Of a DNA stretch of 64,000 nt, positions 34,788 through 43,905 are shown piece after piece. Origin of the DNA: Minisyncoccia bacterium (GTDB lineage Bacteria; Patescibacteriota; Minisyncoccia; Phycocordibacterales; CAJBRS01); assembly GCA_038215155.1 (NCBI GenBank), contig JBBQRF010000001.1, positions 142,205 to 206,204 of the forward strand, in the 5' to 3' direction. Each line of letters starts with the position of its first letter. Position 1 is the stretch's first letter. The notes under the pieces are model-generated. The model searched no databases. It saw only the letters and a list, made by a program, of their open reading frames with translations, and was not told where the DNA came from. A program made the translations under genes and the position numbers.

Positions 34788-36446
34788 TTATTTTCGTCTG
34801 GAGGCCACTTTAATGAAGGCAGTGAAAAGTGGATGGGGGCGTAAAGGGCGAGCTAAAAATTCTGGATGAAATTGTGTGCCGATAAAAAACGGATGTGAAG
34901 TCCGAGGCAATTCAGCAATCTCCATTAACTTGCCGTCAGGTGATGTTCCGGAAAATATTAATCCTGCCTTTTCAATTTCTTCCACATACTTACTATTTAC
35001 TTCGTATCGGTGGCGGTGGCGTTCGGATATGGTGAGAGGGCGCGTCTTTCGCGCGCCCTCTTCGTAGGCCTCAGCAGCAATAGTCCCTTTCTTTAGTTTG
35101 CATGGATAAGCACCTAGTCTCATCGAAGCGCCATACCTTCCTTCTTCCATGTGGCGCTTCTGATGCTCCATAATATCAATGACGGGATTTTTAGTTCGCT
35201 GATCAATTTCCGTGGTGTTCGCATCTTTCAATTTCAAAACGTTACGAGCATATTCCACTACCATGAGCTGCATGCCATAACATAGGCCTAGGTACGGGAT
35301 GTTATTTTCTCGAGCAAATTGAATAACTTTTAATTTGCCGGCAATGCCCGTTTCTCCAAAACCGCCTGGCACTAGAACGCCGTCATATTTTTTTAGTTCT
35401 TTCACTTTTGCTAGATTATTTTCAAAATGTTTAGAATTTAGCCAAGTTAATTTGACCCTCACGCCGCTCGCATAGGCGGAAAATTTAATTGCCTCAATCA
35501 CTGAAACGTAGGCGTCCAACAGCACAAAATTCCCTGTATCAAAATATTTTCCCACTACAGCAATATTAATAATCTTCTTACCATTCTTCGAGCGGCGGAC
35601 AAAAGCCACCCAATCGCGCAGATTGGTCGGCTTTTTTTTCATTTTCAAGAGATCCGTCAGATGATCTCCTAACTTATCCTTTTCAAAATTAAGCGGTACG
35701 TCATAAATACTTTCAATATCAGGGGCAGAGATAACATTTCCAGCAGGAATATTGCAGGAAAGCGCTAGCTTTTCTTTACGCTTCTTATCCAAAGGCACTT
35801 CGCTCCGCGCAATGATTAAATCCGTCTGAACACCATAGGAATTAAGTTGACGAATGGCATTCTGAGTAGGCTTAGTCTTCATCTCGCCAATTTTATTCGG
35901 AATCGGCAAGAAGCTGACCATAATAAATAAGACGTTCTGTGGATGCTTCACCTTTAATACGCGAGCTGCCTCAATGAACATGATGTTCTGATAATCACCC
36001 ACTGTGCCACCAATCTCAATAATAGAAATATCAGATTTATTATTTCGCGCAGCGCTTTCGTAACGATGAATGATCTCATCGCGAATGGTGTCCGCGTCAA
36101 TGCAGCGACCACCATAGCCAAGTGCTCTTTCTTTATCAATGACGTGTTTATAGATCATGCCACTTGTCATATAATCCCCATTCGAAAGGTCTCTATTCAT
36201 AAAACGCTCATAATTGCCCATGTCCTGATCTGTCTCTAGACCGCTATTTAAAACAAAAACCTCACCGTGTTCGGTGGGGTTCATGGTGCCGGCATCAACA
36301 TTCAGATACGGATCTACTTTAATGATATTAACGTTGAATCCTTTTGCAGCGAGGATGGTGCCAATAGAGGAAGTGGTAATGCCTTTGCCGACGCCGCTCA
36401 TCACTCCTCCAATAACAAAGATATATTTGTGCTTTCCACTTTTCAT
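34788..36446 (-). CDS. pyrG: CTP synthase
   Basis: GGVMSGVGKG, DPYLNVDAGTMNP, GLCYGMQ, QFHPEF. Confidence 0.98.
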   Translation of the reverse strand: MKSGKHKYIFVIGGVMSGVGKGITTSSIGTILAAKGFNVNIIKVDPYLNVDAGTMNPTEHGEVFVLNSGLETDQDMGNYERFMNRDLSNGDYMTSGMIYKHVIDKERALGYGGRCIDADTIRDEIIHRYESAARNNKSDISIIEIGGTVGDYQNIMFIEAARVLKVKHPQNVLFIMVSFLPIPNKIGEMKTKPTQNAIRQLNSYGVQTDLIIARSEVPLDKKRKEKLALSCNIPAGNVISAPDIESIYDVPLNFEKDKLGDHLTDLLKMKKKPTNLRDWVAFVRRSKNGKKIINIAVVGKYFDTGNFVLLDAYVSVIEAIKFSAYASGVRVKLTWLNSKHFENNLAKVKELKKYDGVLVPGGFGETGIAGKLKVIQFARENNIPYLGLCYGMQLMVVEYARNVLKLKDANTTEIDQRTKNPVIDIMEHQKRHMEEGRYGASMRLGAYPCKLKKGTIAAEAYEEGARKTRPLTISERHRHRYEVNSKYVEEIEKAGLIFSGTSPDGKLMEIAELPRTSHPFFIGTQFHPEFLARPLRPHPLFTAFIKVASRRK

Positions 36447-36534
36447 TCATCTTATTTTAGCGCAAAAGAAGACGGTGGCAACTGGGGAAAGCTTAATTGA
36501 TTTATCAGAGAAGTGTTGTATCCTTGAAAATAGA

Positions 36535-36753
36535 ATGCCCTCTAGAAACCTTGCCCTCTGTATGGCCTTGTTTATCTTCATCTCCTGGTCAGTTTGTTAC
36601 TTTCTCGGCTTCCCTGTTTTTATCGCCCTGGTAATCGCAGCATGTCTGTTCTTTAAACAGTTTTGTGGCCTGCTCCTAAATATTGGAGTCTGTGCCCTTC
36701 TAATTTTTTTAGGTTCAGTAGCCTTTATAAGATCTTTGAAGCGACCGACTTAG
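36535..36753 (+). CDS. small hydrophobic membrane protein
   Basis: 3' part of ORF 36274-36753 outside pyrG; ends at ACCGAC-TTA-GTCGGT hairpin. Confidence 0.45.
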   Translation: MPSRNLALCMALFIFISWSVCYFLGFPVFIALVIAACLFFKQFCGLLLNIGVCALLIFLGSVAFIRSLKRPT

Positions 36754-36764
36754 TCGGTTTTTAT

Positions 36765-37691
36765 TTAAACTTTAAGATATTTCTTCACAGCTAGGAAGCT
36801 CGAGACGGTGCCAAGAAATAACCCAGCTCCAATGATCACTAAGGAGATCTGCCAGAGGTGGCTAATATAATAACTAAATAAATTTAAGCCGGTGCCTAAA
36901 CGTTCTGTAAGAGGTCCGAAGCCGAAAGTGATTGGATAGAGCAGAATTAAAGTGACGAGGGCAGAAATAATGCCATACATTAAACCAGCCGTTACAAACG
37001 GCCCGCGAATAAACATGTTAGAAGCTCCCACCAATCTCATTACAGAAATTTCTTCTCGGGAAATATAAATAGCTAGTCTAATAGTGTTAAAAGTAATGAG
37101 AATGGAAATCAAAACAAAGAAAATCCCAAGAATGAGGCCAATCTTACTGGAAGAATCAATAATGCGATTAAGAGCATCGATAGCTGCCTTATTCTCAGAA
37201 TAATTAATCTTGTCAATAATTGACGAGCTAGGAGAAATGGCGGACGCTTTAGTTTCTACAAAATTAGCAATGCTTTCGTATTGCGAAGGGTCTTTGGCCT
37301 TAATATTTAAACTAGCGCCAAGCGGATTGTCATTCAATTCATCAAGGGCTTGTAGGGTAAGCTGGTCACTAGAATGTTTTCCTCGAAAGTTATTCAAGGC
37401 CTGCTCTCGGGAGATGTATGAAACACTGGCAACTTCTGGCTGAGATTTAATAGAATTTTCTAGACTGAAAATCTGATCTTCTGGTGCGGTAGTGACAAAA
37501 TAAACATTAACGTCAACCTTTTCTTTAATTCCAGATAGTGTCGATTGCAGCATCGCTCCGATAAAAATCAGAGCGGCAATTACCGACAAAGTAACTGTCA
37601 TCACTAAAACAGAAGCTAAAGAAACATAGCCATTTCGCCAAAAGCTGACAAATCCTGATTTAATTACCCGTTTTACTTTAGTCCAAAACAT
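36765..37691 (-). CDS. ftsX: cell division permease FtsX
   Basis: NPLGASLNIK, NTIRLAI, EISVMRLVGAS. Confidence 0.92.
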   Translation of the reverse strand: MFWTKVKRVIKSGFVSFWRNGYVSLASVLVMTVTLSVIAALIFIGAMLQSTLSGIKEKVDVNVYFVTTAPEDQIFSLENSIKSQPEVASVSYISREQALNNFRGKHSSDQLTLQALDELNDNPLGASLNIKAKDPSQYESIANFVETKASAISPSSSIIDKINYSENKAAIDALNRIIDSSSKIGLILGIFFVLISILITFNTIRLAIYISREEISVMRLVGASNMFIRGPFVTAGLMYGIISALVTLILLYPITFGFGPLTERLGTGLNLFSYYISHLWQISLVIIGAGLFLGTVSSFLAVKKYLKV

Positions 37692-37694
37692 AAA

Positions 37695-38375
37695 TTACAA
37701 AATATATTTACCACTTTTATCATCACGAATAATTTTACCATGCTCCAGAGTTATTACTCTTTTCTCCAAAGAATCAATCACTCCTTTATTGTGTGTGGTT
37801 AGAATTACAGTGGTGCCTAGATCATTTATCTTTTTCAGAATTTGGACAACATCGTAAGTGTTTACTGGATCAAGATTTCCGGTAGGCTCATCGGCAATGA
37901 TTAGATCGGGTTGATTTACTATGGCGCGAGCGATAGCTACTCGTTGCTTTTCTCCACCAGAAAGCTGATGCGGAAAATTCCAAATTTTACGGCCAAGATC
38001 TACCAGTTCTAGTACGTGCGGCACATCAGCAGCAATCTCCTCTTCGCTGCGACCGGCGGCTTCCATGGCAAAAGCAATATTTTCGTAAGCAGTTTTATCG
38101 GGAAGAAGGCGAAAGTCCTGAAAAACTGTGCCAATACGACGGCGGTATTTATTTATTTCACCCCGACGAAAATTATGGACGTTTGTTGATTCAAAAAAAA
38201 CTGAGCCGGAGGTTGGTAGTTCCTCGGCAAGAATCATCTTTATAAGAGTGGTTTTGCCGGCGCCAGATTGACCGACTACTGAAATGAATTCTTTTGGCTC
38301 TACGTTGAAGCTAACGTCCTCCAAAGCGACGGAATTATCAGCATAGATTTTTGAGACCTTATCAAAATAAATCAT
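37695..38375 (-). CDS. ftsE: cell division ATP-binding protein FtsE
   Basis: GQSGAGKTT, VFQDFRLL, ADEPTGNLD; upstream of ftsX. Confidence 0.95.
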   Translation of the reverse strand: MIYFDKVSKIYADNSVALEDVSFNVEPKEFISVVGQSGAGKTTLIKMILAEELPTSGSVFFESTNVHNFRRGEINKYRRRIGTVFQDFRLLPDKTAYENIAFAMEAAGRSEEEIAADVPHVLELVDLGRKIWNFPHQLSGGEKQRVAIARAIVNQPDLIIADEPTGNLDPVNTYDVVQILKKINDLGTTVILTTHNKGVIDSLEKRVITLEHGKIIRDDKSGKYIL

Positions 38376-38420
38376 AGAGTTTTAGTATAACAAATTTAGA
38401 GACGAGGGAAAAAGCTTAGA

Positions 38421-39305
38421 TTACAGACCTTTTTCCGCTTGAATAAATTCGTCTAGCTCTCCGTCAAGGACTTTGTCAACTTGGCTGGTTTCGACGTTAG
38501 TGCGATGGTCTTTGACCATTTTGTACGGGTGCAGCACGTAAGAGCGAATTTGGTTGCCCCATTCTGCGTCCGTGGTTTTAGAAATATACATGCCTTTTTC
38601 CTTAGCCATTCTTTCCTGCTCTTTTAAAGAGTAGATCTTTCCGGCTAATAAGGCCAAGGCCCTATCCTTGTTTTGAGCTTGAGAGCGTTCGGTGTCAACA
38701 TGGACAGCGAGCTTAGTCGGTTTATGAACGATGCGTACTGAAGTCTCGCGTTTGTTGACGTTCTGACCTCCGGGGCCACTTGATCTTTGGAAGGTTATTT
38801 CTATATCATCTTCGGGAATTCTAAATTCTGTTAACTTTTCAAATTTGGGAATAACTTCTACCATGGAAAAAGAAGTGTGACGAAGTTTTTTTGAATTAAA
38901 TGGGGAAAGGCGCACCAACCGATGAACCCCTGATTCGTTTTTTATAGTTCCGTAAACATTTCGGCCGTTGACCTCGAAAGTTAAATTGCGATATCCGCCA
39001 TGATCGTTTTGATTTTGGTGGAGGATGACTGCTTGCCACCCTTTCCTCTCAATAAACTTGCGATACATTTCAAATAGGATGCGGGAAAAATCCTCAGAGT
39101 CGTCTCCGCCGGCGCCGCTAAAAATAGTAATTATCGCCGGGCCAGCGTCGTAGGGACCGCCGCCAGGGTTTGAGGCGGCGGCTTTCAATTCCTGCAATTC
39201 TTTAATGGTCGCTTGGGCCTTTTCTTTATCACTCCAAAAATTCGGCTCCCCTATTTTAGTTTCTAAATCCTCAATTTGTTTTTTAATATCTTTCATAAGT
39301 GCCAT
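38421..39305 (-). CDS. prfB: peptide chain release factor 2 (short form)
   Basis: RLSPF, GPGGQNVNK, WGNQIRSYVLHPY. Confidence 0.92.
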   Translation of the reverse strand: MALMKDIKKQIEDLETKIGEPNFWSDKEKAQATIKELQELKAAASNPGGGPYDAGPAIITIFSGAGGDDSEDFSRILFEMYRKFIERKGWQAVILHQNQNDHGGYRNLTFEVNGRNVYGTIKNESGVHRLVRLSPFNSKKLRHTSFSMVEVIPKFEKLTEFRIPEDDIEITFQRSSGPGGQNVNKRETSVRIVHKPTKLAVHVDTERSQAQNKDRALALLAGKIYSLKEQERMAKEKGMYISKTTDAEWGNQIRSYVLHPYKMVKDHRTNVETSQVDKVLDGELDEFIQAEKGL

Positions 39306-39321
39306 ATGCTTCCCTCGCCAG

Positions 39322-39394
39322 AGCCGGAGGCCAGAATTGAACTGGCGACCTCTGCTTTACGAAAGCATTGCTCTACCAACTGAGCTACTCCGGC
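39322..39394 (-). tRNA. tRNA-Thr(CGT)
   Basis: GCCGGAG acceptor, TTCGTAA loop, AGTTCAATTCT T-arm. Confidence 0.92.
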
Positions 39395-39442
39395 TCTGGC
39401 AAGACAATCGAGGTCGGGCCAACTAAAAAAGTTTAACACACA

Positions 39443-39708
39443 TGGAGCCGTTGTCCGGGATCGAACCGGAGACCTCTTCCTTCGTTTACACCTCTTTTTC
39501 AAATATATAAGAGGACTAGACTGTATCTTAATCCTTCTAAAGAAGGATTCCTTTGTCAGTCGTTCGAGCGTTTCAAAAAGATACGCTACGGTCTTAACCT
39601 AGGATTTAGGCCTTTAACCGTTATTGAGGATACACCCAAAGAATTACTTCTTTGAGGGGCAAATGTCGCTTTACCATGGAAGTGCTCTACCAGCTGAGCT
39701 ACAACGGC
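39443..39708 (-). tRNA. tRNA-Thr(GGT) interrupted by an intron (exons 39708-39673 and 39482-39443)
   Basis: joined exons give a full cloverleaf with CTTCC-ATGGTAA-GGAAG arm and encoded CCA. Confidence 0.92.
39483..39672 (-). ncRNA. group I intron (190 nt, IC3-like)
   Basis: U before 5' splice site, terminal G; P4 ACGGU/ACCGU, P7 GACUG/CAGUC, S element AAGAUACAGUC, P8 and P9 hairpins. Confidence 0.9.
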
Positions 39709-39735
39709 ATACTTTATATATGCTCGGTAATAATA

Positions 39736-40341
39736 TTATAAAGTTTGTAGATTTTCAATTGATTTATATAAAATATCGCGCAATTTTTTGTTATTGTAAT
39801 AGACAGTAACCACACCGTATTTCGATTTATTTTTATAGGTACCTGGATTTTTTGAAGGAGTAATTATTGTTTTATAAAACTTGTTTTTATCTACCTTTAG
39901 TTTCGGAAGCCAGTAATTAAATACTTCTTCCTCCGACAAATCATTAAAGATTTGCAATCCAAATCTTAATTTGTCTTGATCGATATTGTAAATAATTTTT
40001 AGAAAATCAATAAATTTTATAATCAGAGCAGGATCCGAATTTCCTAGTCGAATTGAATACTGGTTGCGTTTATTTCCTTCTCCCCAATAAAGTCCCACTC
40101 CTATTCCATACAGAAAGAACTCTGATATTTTAAAATTTTCTCTAATTTTAAAAGGGTGACCATTTGGGTTCCATTTTATATAACTGGCGTCAGAAATTGA
40201 TCTTTTTTTAATATTATATTTTTTTATCCAATAATTAACTTTGTTTTCCGAGCATCTCAATATTTGGCCGATTTCAGCACTAGATTTTCTCTTTTTATTA
40301 TAGAGATCTATTAAGGTCTCTTTGGATATTGTTTGCATCAT
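39736..40341 (-). CDS. HTH + LAGLIDADG-like putative homing endonuclease
   Basis: N-terminal HTH (SSAEIGQIL..SENKVNYW), GVGLYWGEG helix, LGNSD; AT-rich. Confidence 0.65.
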   Translation of the reverse strand: MMQTISKETLIDLYNKKRKSSAEIGQILRCSENKVNYWIKKYNIKKRSISDASYIKWNPNGHPFKIRENFKISEFFLYGIGVGLYWGEGNKRNQYSIRLGNSDPALIIKFIDFLKIIYNIDQDKLRFGLQIFNDLSEEEVFNYWLPKLKVDKNKFYKTIITPSKNPGTYKNKSKYGVVTVYYNNKKLRDILYKSIENLQTL

Positions 40342-40452
40342 TTAAATTTTATACTTCTGACATAAAATTTATATAAAGAAACGATAAAGCCGATTTTATC
40401 TTTCATCCCCACCACCAAAGTATTTGGAGGATAAATAAAATATAATTAAATT

Positions 40453-41124
40453 ATGAGAATTTTAGTAATCGAAGATGATCCAGATATTGCCCTATTTTTG
40501 AAAAGCGCCCTAACGGAGGAAGGATTTTCTCTGGATGTAGCTATGGATGGTGAGCGCGGCTCCTACCTCGCCCGCACAAATGAATACGACCTGATTATTC
40601 TAGATTTTGTATTACCGAAAAAGGATGGCAAAACTATCTGTCAGGAAATTCGCAATACTGGAAATAGTGTTCCTATCATTATGCTCACCGTCCGCACTGA
40701 AATTCCCGACAAGATCAGCATGCTCCATTTAGGAGTTGACGATTATGTCACTAAGCCCTTTTCTTTTGACGAACTAGTGGCCCGTATTCGGACAATTCTT
40801 AAACGACCGCAGGTAATGATTAATAATCCTATTTCTTTCTCTACCCTTACTCTAGATTCCCAAAAACAAATGGCGTGGAAAGGTAAACAGGAAATCTACT
40901 TAACTCGAAAAGAATTCCAGCTATTAGAGCTCTTCATGAAAAATGCCGGCAAGGTCCTATCACGCGGCACTATCATGGAACATGTTTGGACTATTGATAG
41001 CGATCCATTTTCAAACACCATTGAGGCGCACGTTCTTAATTTAAGAAGAAAGATTGATACCGGACGCCAGAAGCTTATTCACACGGTTCCGGGCCGCGGC
41101 TATAAAATGGATATTAAGAAATGA
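40453..41124 (+). CDS. OmpR-family response regulator (no adjacent kinase)
   Basis: IEDD, ILD, DDYVTKPF, winged helix IHTVPGRGY. Confidence 0.93.
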   Translation: MRILVIEDDPDIALFLKSALTEEGFSLDVAMDGERGSYLARTNEYDLIILDFVLPKKDGKTICQEIRNTGNSVPIIMLTVRTEIPDKISMLHLGVDDYVTKPFSFDELVARIRTILKRPQVMINNPISFSTLTLDSQKQMAWKGKQEIYLTRKEFQLLELFMKNAGKVLSRGTIMEHVWTIDSDPFSNTIEAHVLNLRRKIDTGRQKLIHTVPGRGYKMDIKK

Positions 41125-41159
41125 ATGGTGGCGGAGGCAAAGCTCCCGCCGCCATTCCC

Positions 41160-41522
41160 CTACTTCTTCTTATGGAGCGTAATTTTATTCTTATCCGGAT
41201 CTCGAATAACAATCATTTGGCAGCTGGGAAAATCATGAGGTCCCGTGACTATCGGCACGTTGTTTTTCTTAATCATCTCAAGCGCTTCCTCAAAGTTTTC
41301 TACTTCCAATGCTGCAGAGGCGCCGTCTTCAGAGGGTTTCCACATGTCAGGTGCGTAGCCAATAGCTAGCGACCCACTTCCAACGTTGTACTCTACATAA
41401 TCTGGATTTTTAGTGCCATCAAATTCATTATTAGGCTCAAGTCCTAAAACTCCTTCATAAAAAGCTCGAGCCTTAACCATATCGTTAACTGGATAAGCGA
41501 CAAAAGCAATATCTTTAATCAT
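41160..41522 (-). CDS. VOC/glyoxalase family protein
   Basis: ARAFYEGVLGL, IRDPDKN. Confidence 0.85.
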   Translation of the reverse strand: MIKDIAFVAYPVNDMVKARAFYEGVLGLEPNNEFDGTKNPDYVEYNVGSGSLAIGYAPDMWKPSEDGASAALEVENFEEALEMIKKNNVPIVTGPHDFPSCQMIVIRDPDKNKITLHKKK

Positions 41523-41554
41523 AAAATATAAGAATTACTAATAACAATTTTATC

Positions 41555-42373
41555 TTAACACACAAATTTACTAATTAATTTTGAAAATATCGAGAGAGGC
41601 AATATCTTTCTCATAAAAATAAGCAGTTTTGCAGTACCATCAGGGGTTCGTCTTAGTTTGTTTGATGAACCTGCCGCTTTATAAATTTCCTTAGCGACAA
41701 TTAAGGGGTCGGCTCCTCTTGCACCTATCTGATCAATTCTTTTTATAAACAATGAATATCTTTCATCGTATACTTTTAATTCTTCCGTCACGACAGATTG
41801 AATTTTATTTTCAAAAAATTTTGTTTTTATAGAACCGGGCTCAATAAGTCGTATTCGAATACCAAATTTAGAGACTTCCTGATACAGTCCCTCAGCAAAT
41901 CCCTCAAGTGCCCATTTTGAAGATGAATAGGCAGAAAAAAATGGCATAGACATACGACTGAACATCGAGGATACGAAAACGATCGTTCCCTCTCCTTTCG
42001 CTCGCATAAATGGAAGTACGGCACGAGTTAAACGCATGGCCCCAAAGAGGTTTACCTCAAATTGGTCTAACAATTGTTCATCAGTTAAAGATTCGAAAGG
42101 GCCAGCAAGCCCATAGCCGGCATTATTTACCAGCACGTCTATTGATCCCAAGTGTTCTATTGCTGCTTTGACGGATCTCTCAACCATCCCAGAATCTCGC
42201 ACGTCTAATTCAATTATTTTTAAATTTTCAGGTTTTATTTTTTTTAAATCATTGGCTTCTCCCGGAAGAACCGTCCCCACTACATTCCATCCTTTGGAAA
42301 CAAAATACTTTGCTGTCGCCTCTCCAATGCCTGAAGATATTCCTGTAATAAGGATATTTTTCATACAATTCAA
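41555..42373 (-). CDS. short-chain dehydrogenase/reductase
   Basis: TGISSGIG, NNAG, YSSSK. Confidence 0.92.
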   Translation of the reverse strand: MNCMKNILITGISSGIGEATAKYFVSKGWNVVGTVLPGEANDLKKIKPENLKIIELDVRDSGMVERSVKAAIEHLGSIDVLVNNAGYGLAGPFESLTDEQLLDQFEVNLFGAMRLTRAVLPFMRAKGEGTIVFVSSMFSRMSMPFFSAYSSSKWALEGFAEGLYQEVSKFGIRIRLIEPGSIKTKFFENKIQSVVTEELKVYDERYSLFIKRIDQIGARGADPLIVAKEIYKAAGSSNKLRRTPDGTAKLLIFMRKILPLSIFSKLISKFVC

Positions 42374-42390
42374 TAGCCCACACTATTATT

Positions 42391-42813
42391 TTAGCTCTGG
42401 AAATCAACCTCAAATGAATACATCCCCATTCCGCACGTCCCTTGCAAGGTAGCCAACTGCTTGTTCCCAACATCAACGTCAGTTGACCCAGTTTGCGGTA
42501 GTACCTTGCTTATATTCAAACTAGGAATTCGGATTGAGGAAGAACAATCAAATGTTCCGTTAGTATCAAATCGTATGATTGTAGGCAGTCCAGCTTTTGC
42601 GACACTCTTCTGTGGTTGGAAACCACCCTTAGCATTGATCGTAATGATCTGGTTGCCATCTATAACACTGACATTGTTTCCAGCCACCTGATTACCTGTT
42701 TGAGATTGAGAATTTCCTCTGGTAAATATGAATACTCCCCCGATGAGGACGACTGCTACGATGATTGATATGATGATTGTTTTCATGTGATTTTGCGAAA
42801 TCATGTCGCGCAA
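42391..42813 (-). CDS. cupredoxin-domain protein
   Basis: N-terminal TM, FDCS, CGMGMY. Confidence 0.85.
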   Translation of the reverse strand: MRDMISQNHMKTIIISIIVAVVLIGGVFIFTRGNSQSQTGNQVAGNNVSVIDGNQIITINAKGGFQPQKSVAKAGLPTIIRFDTNGTFDCSSSIRIPSLNISKVLPQTGSTDVDVGNKQLATLQGTCGMGMYSFEVDFQS

Positions 42814-42855
42814 CCGTCCATTAAAGCGCGACTTGTTTATTATAATAAAATTAAT

Positions 42856-43887
42856 CTAAAAATTAAAGATTGGCGGAATAACTCCAATCACCACTAAACT
42901 ATTAATTAGGTTGAATAGGGCGAACATTATCACCACAAGTCCTGCACTTTTGAAAAAAATGCCAGCTTTTGAGCTATTTTGAATACTAAATGAACTGAAG
43001 CTGATTAATGCTAAGACAGGTAATGTACCGAGCGCGAATGCAAGCATGGTGAGTCCTCCTTTTAGAAAACTTCCCGTGCTGAGGGTGTAAAGCTGCATGG
43101 ACTGTGTAAATCCGCAGGGAAGAAAAAATGTGGCGATACCAACGAGCAGAGGCGTGAGGGTGTGATTGAATTTTGATACTCCATGAGCGTGTTTTGCAAT
43201 AAATTTAGGCATCGATGGTTGAAGTTTTTTCGCCCATGGAAAGACATCGAGAAGATTGATCCCGAGAATGAGCATGACAATACCTATAATTAAGCTGAGG
43301 GTAAATGTCGCAGAGGTATTGAGAGTAAATGCCGCACCTAACGCACCGATAACCCCGCCAAGTATAAAGAATGAGACGATACGACCCCCATGGAACATCA
43401 GTTGGGGTTTTATTTTATCCCCTTCTTTTGCAAAGGTGGCCGACATCGAGAGGAGAAGTCCTCCAACTACTGCCATACATGTGGAGAGTGAGGCAATGAT
43501 GCCAATGATAAATGCCGTGCCGTATGTAACTTTTCCTCCTCCGACTAAACTAATCAGTCCAATTTTTTGTAGAACAACAAACAAGACTGCGAAACCGAGT
43601 GCTATCGGAACTGCAATTTTGAAGTCAGTCCATTTTCTTTCTTTTACTTGTTTCTCAACTGAAACTGTATATCCATGTCGTTTGAGAGGAATGGTTAAGT
43701 CTTCTGCGATTTGTTCAGGTGTCTTATTGCCAAAATCTCCAACGACTTCGACAGAATGATTTTTAAGATTTGATTTAACTTGAGTGATATTCGAGAGATC
43801 ACCAAGCTCGCTTTCAGTCATAAGGATGCACGCCTTGCAGTGCATGCCGTGAACGTGGAAGGTGTATTTTTGTGTTTGTGTAGTCAT
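42856..43887 (-). CDS. HMA domain + DsbD_2-like membrane protein
   Basis: GMHCKAC; STCMAVVGG, FFLPCGFTQSMQ. Confidence 0.85.
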   Translation of the reverse strand: MTTQTQKYTFHVHGMHCKACILMTESELGDLSNITQVKSNLKNHSVEVVGDFGNKTPEQIAEDLTIPLKRHGYTVSVEKQVKERKWTDFKIAVPIALGFAVLFVVLQKIGLISLVGGGKVTYGTAFIIGIIASLSTCMAVVGGLLLSMSATFAKEGDKIKPQLMFHGGRIVSFFILGGVIGALGAAFTLNTSATFTLSLIIGIVMLILGINLLDVFPWAKKLQPSMPKFIAKHAHGVSKFNHTLTPLLVGIATFFLPCGFTQSMQLYTLSTGSFLKGGLTMLAFALGTLPVLALISFSSFSIQNSSKAGIFFKSAGLVVIMFALFNLINSLVVIGVIPPIFNF

Positions 43888-43905
43888 AATGATTATGTTT
43901 TTTTA

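Noticed and set aside
39290-39321. prfB +1 programmed frameshift
   Set aside because: The sequence reads CTT ATG, not CTT TGA, and the ORF is continuous from its own ATG.
39395-39442. Antisense T-arm copy between the two tRNA-Thr genes
   Set aside because: Only 6-7 nt match (GAGGTC), which is within chance.
39293-39809. ORFs 39293-39502 and 39624-39809
   Set aside because: They overlap the tRNA-Thr genes and the intron.
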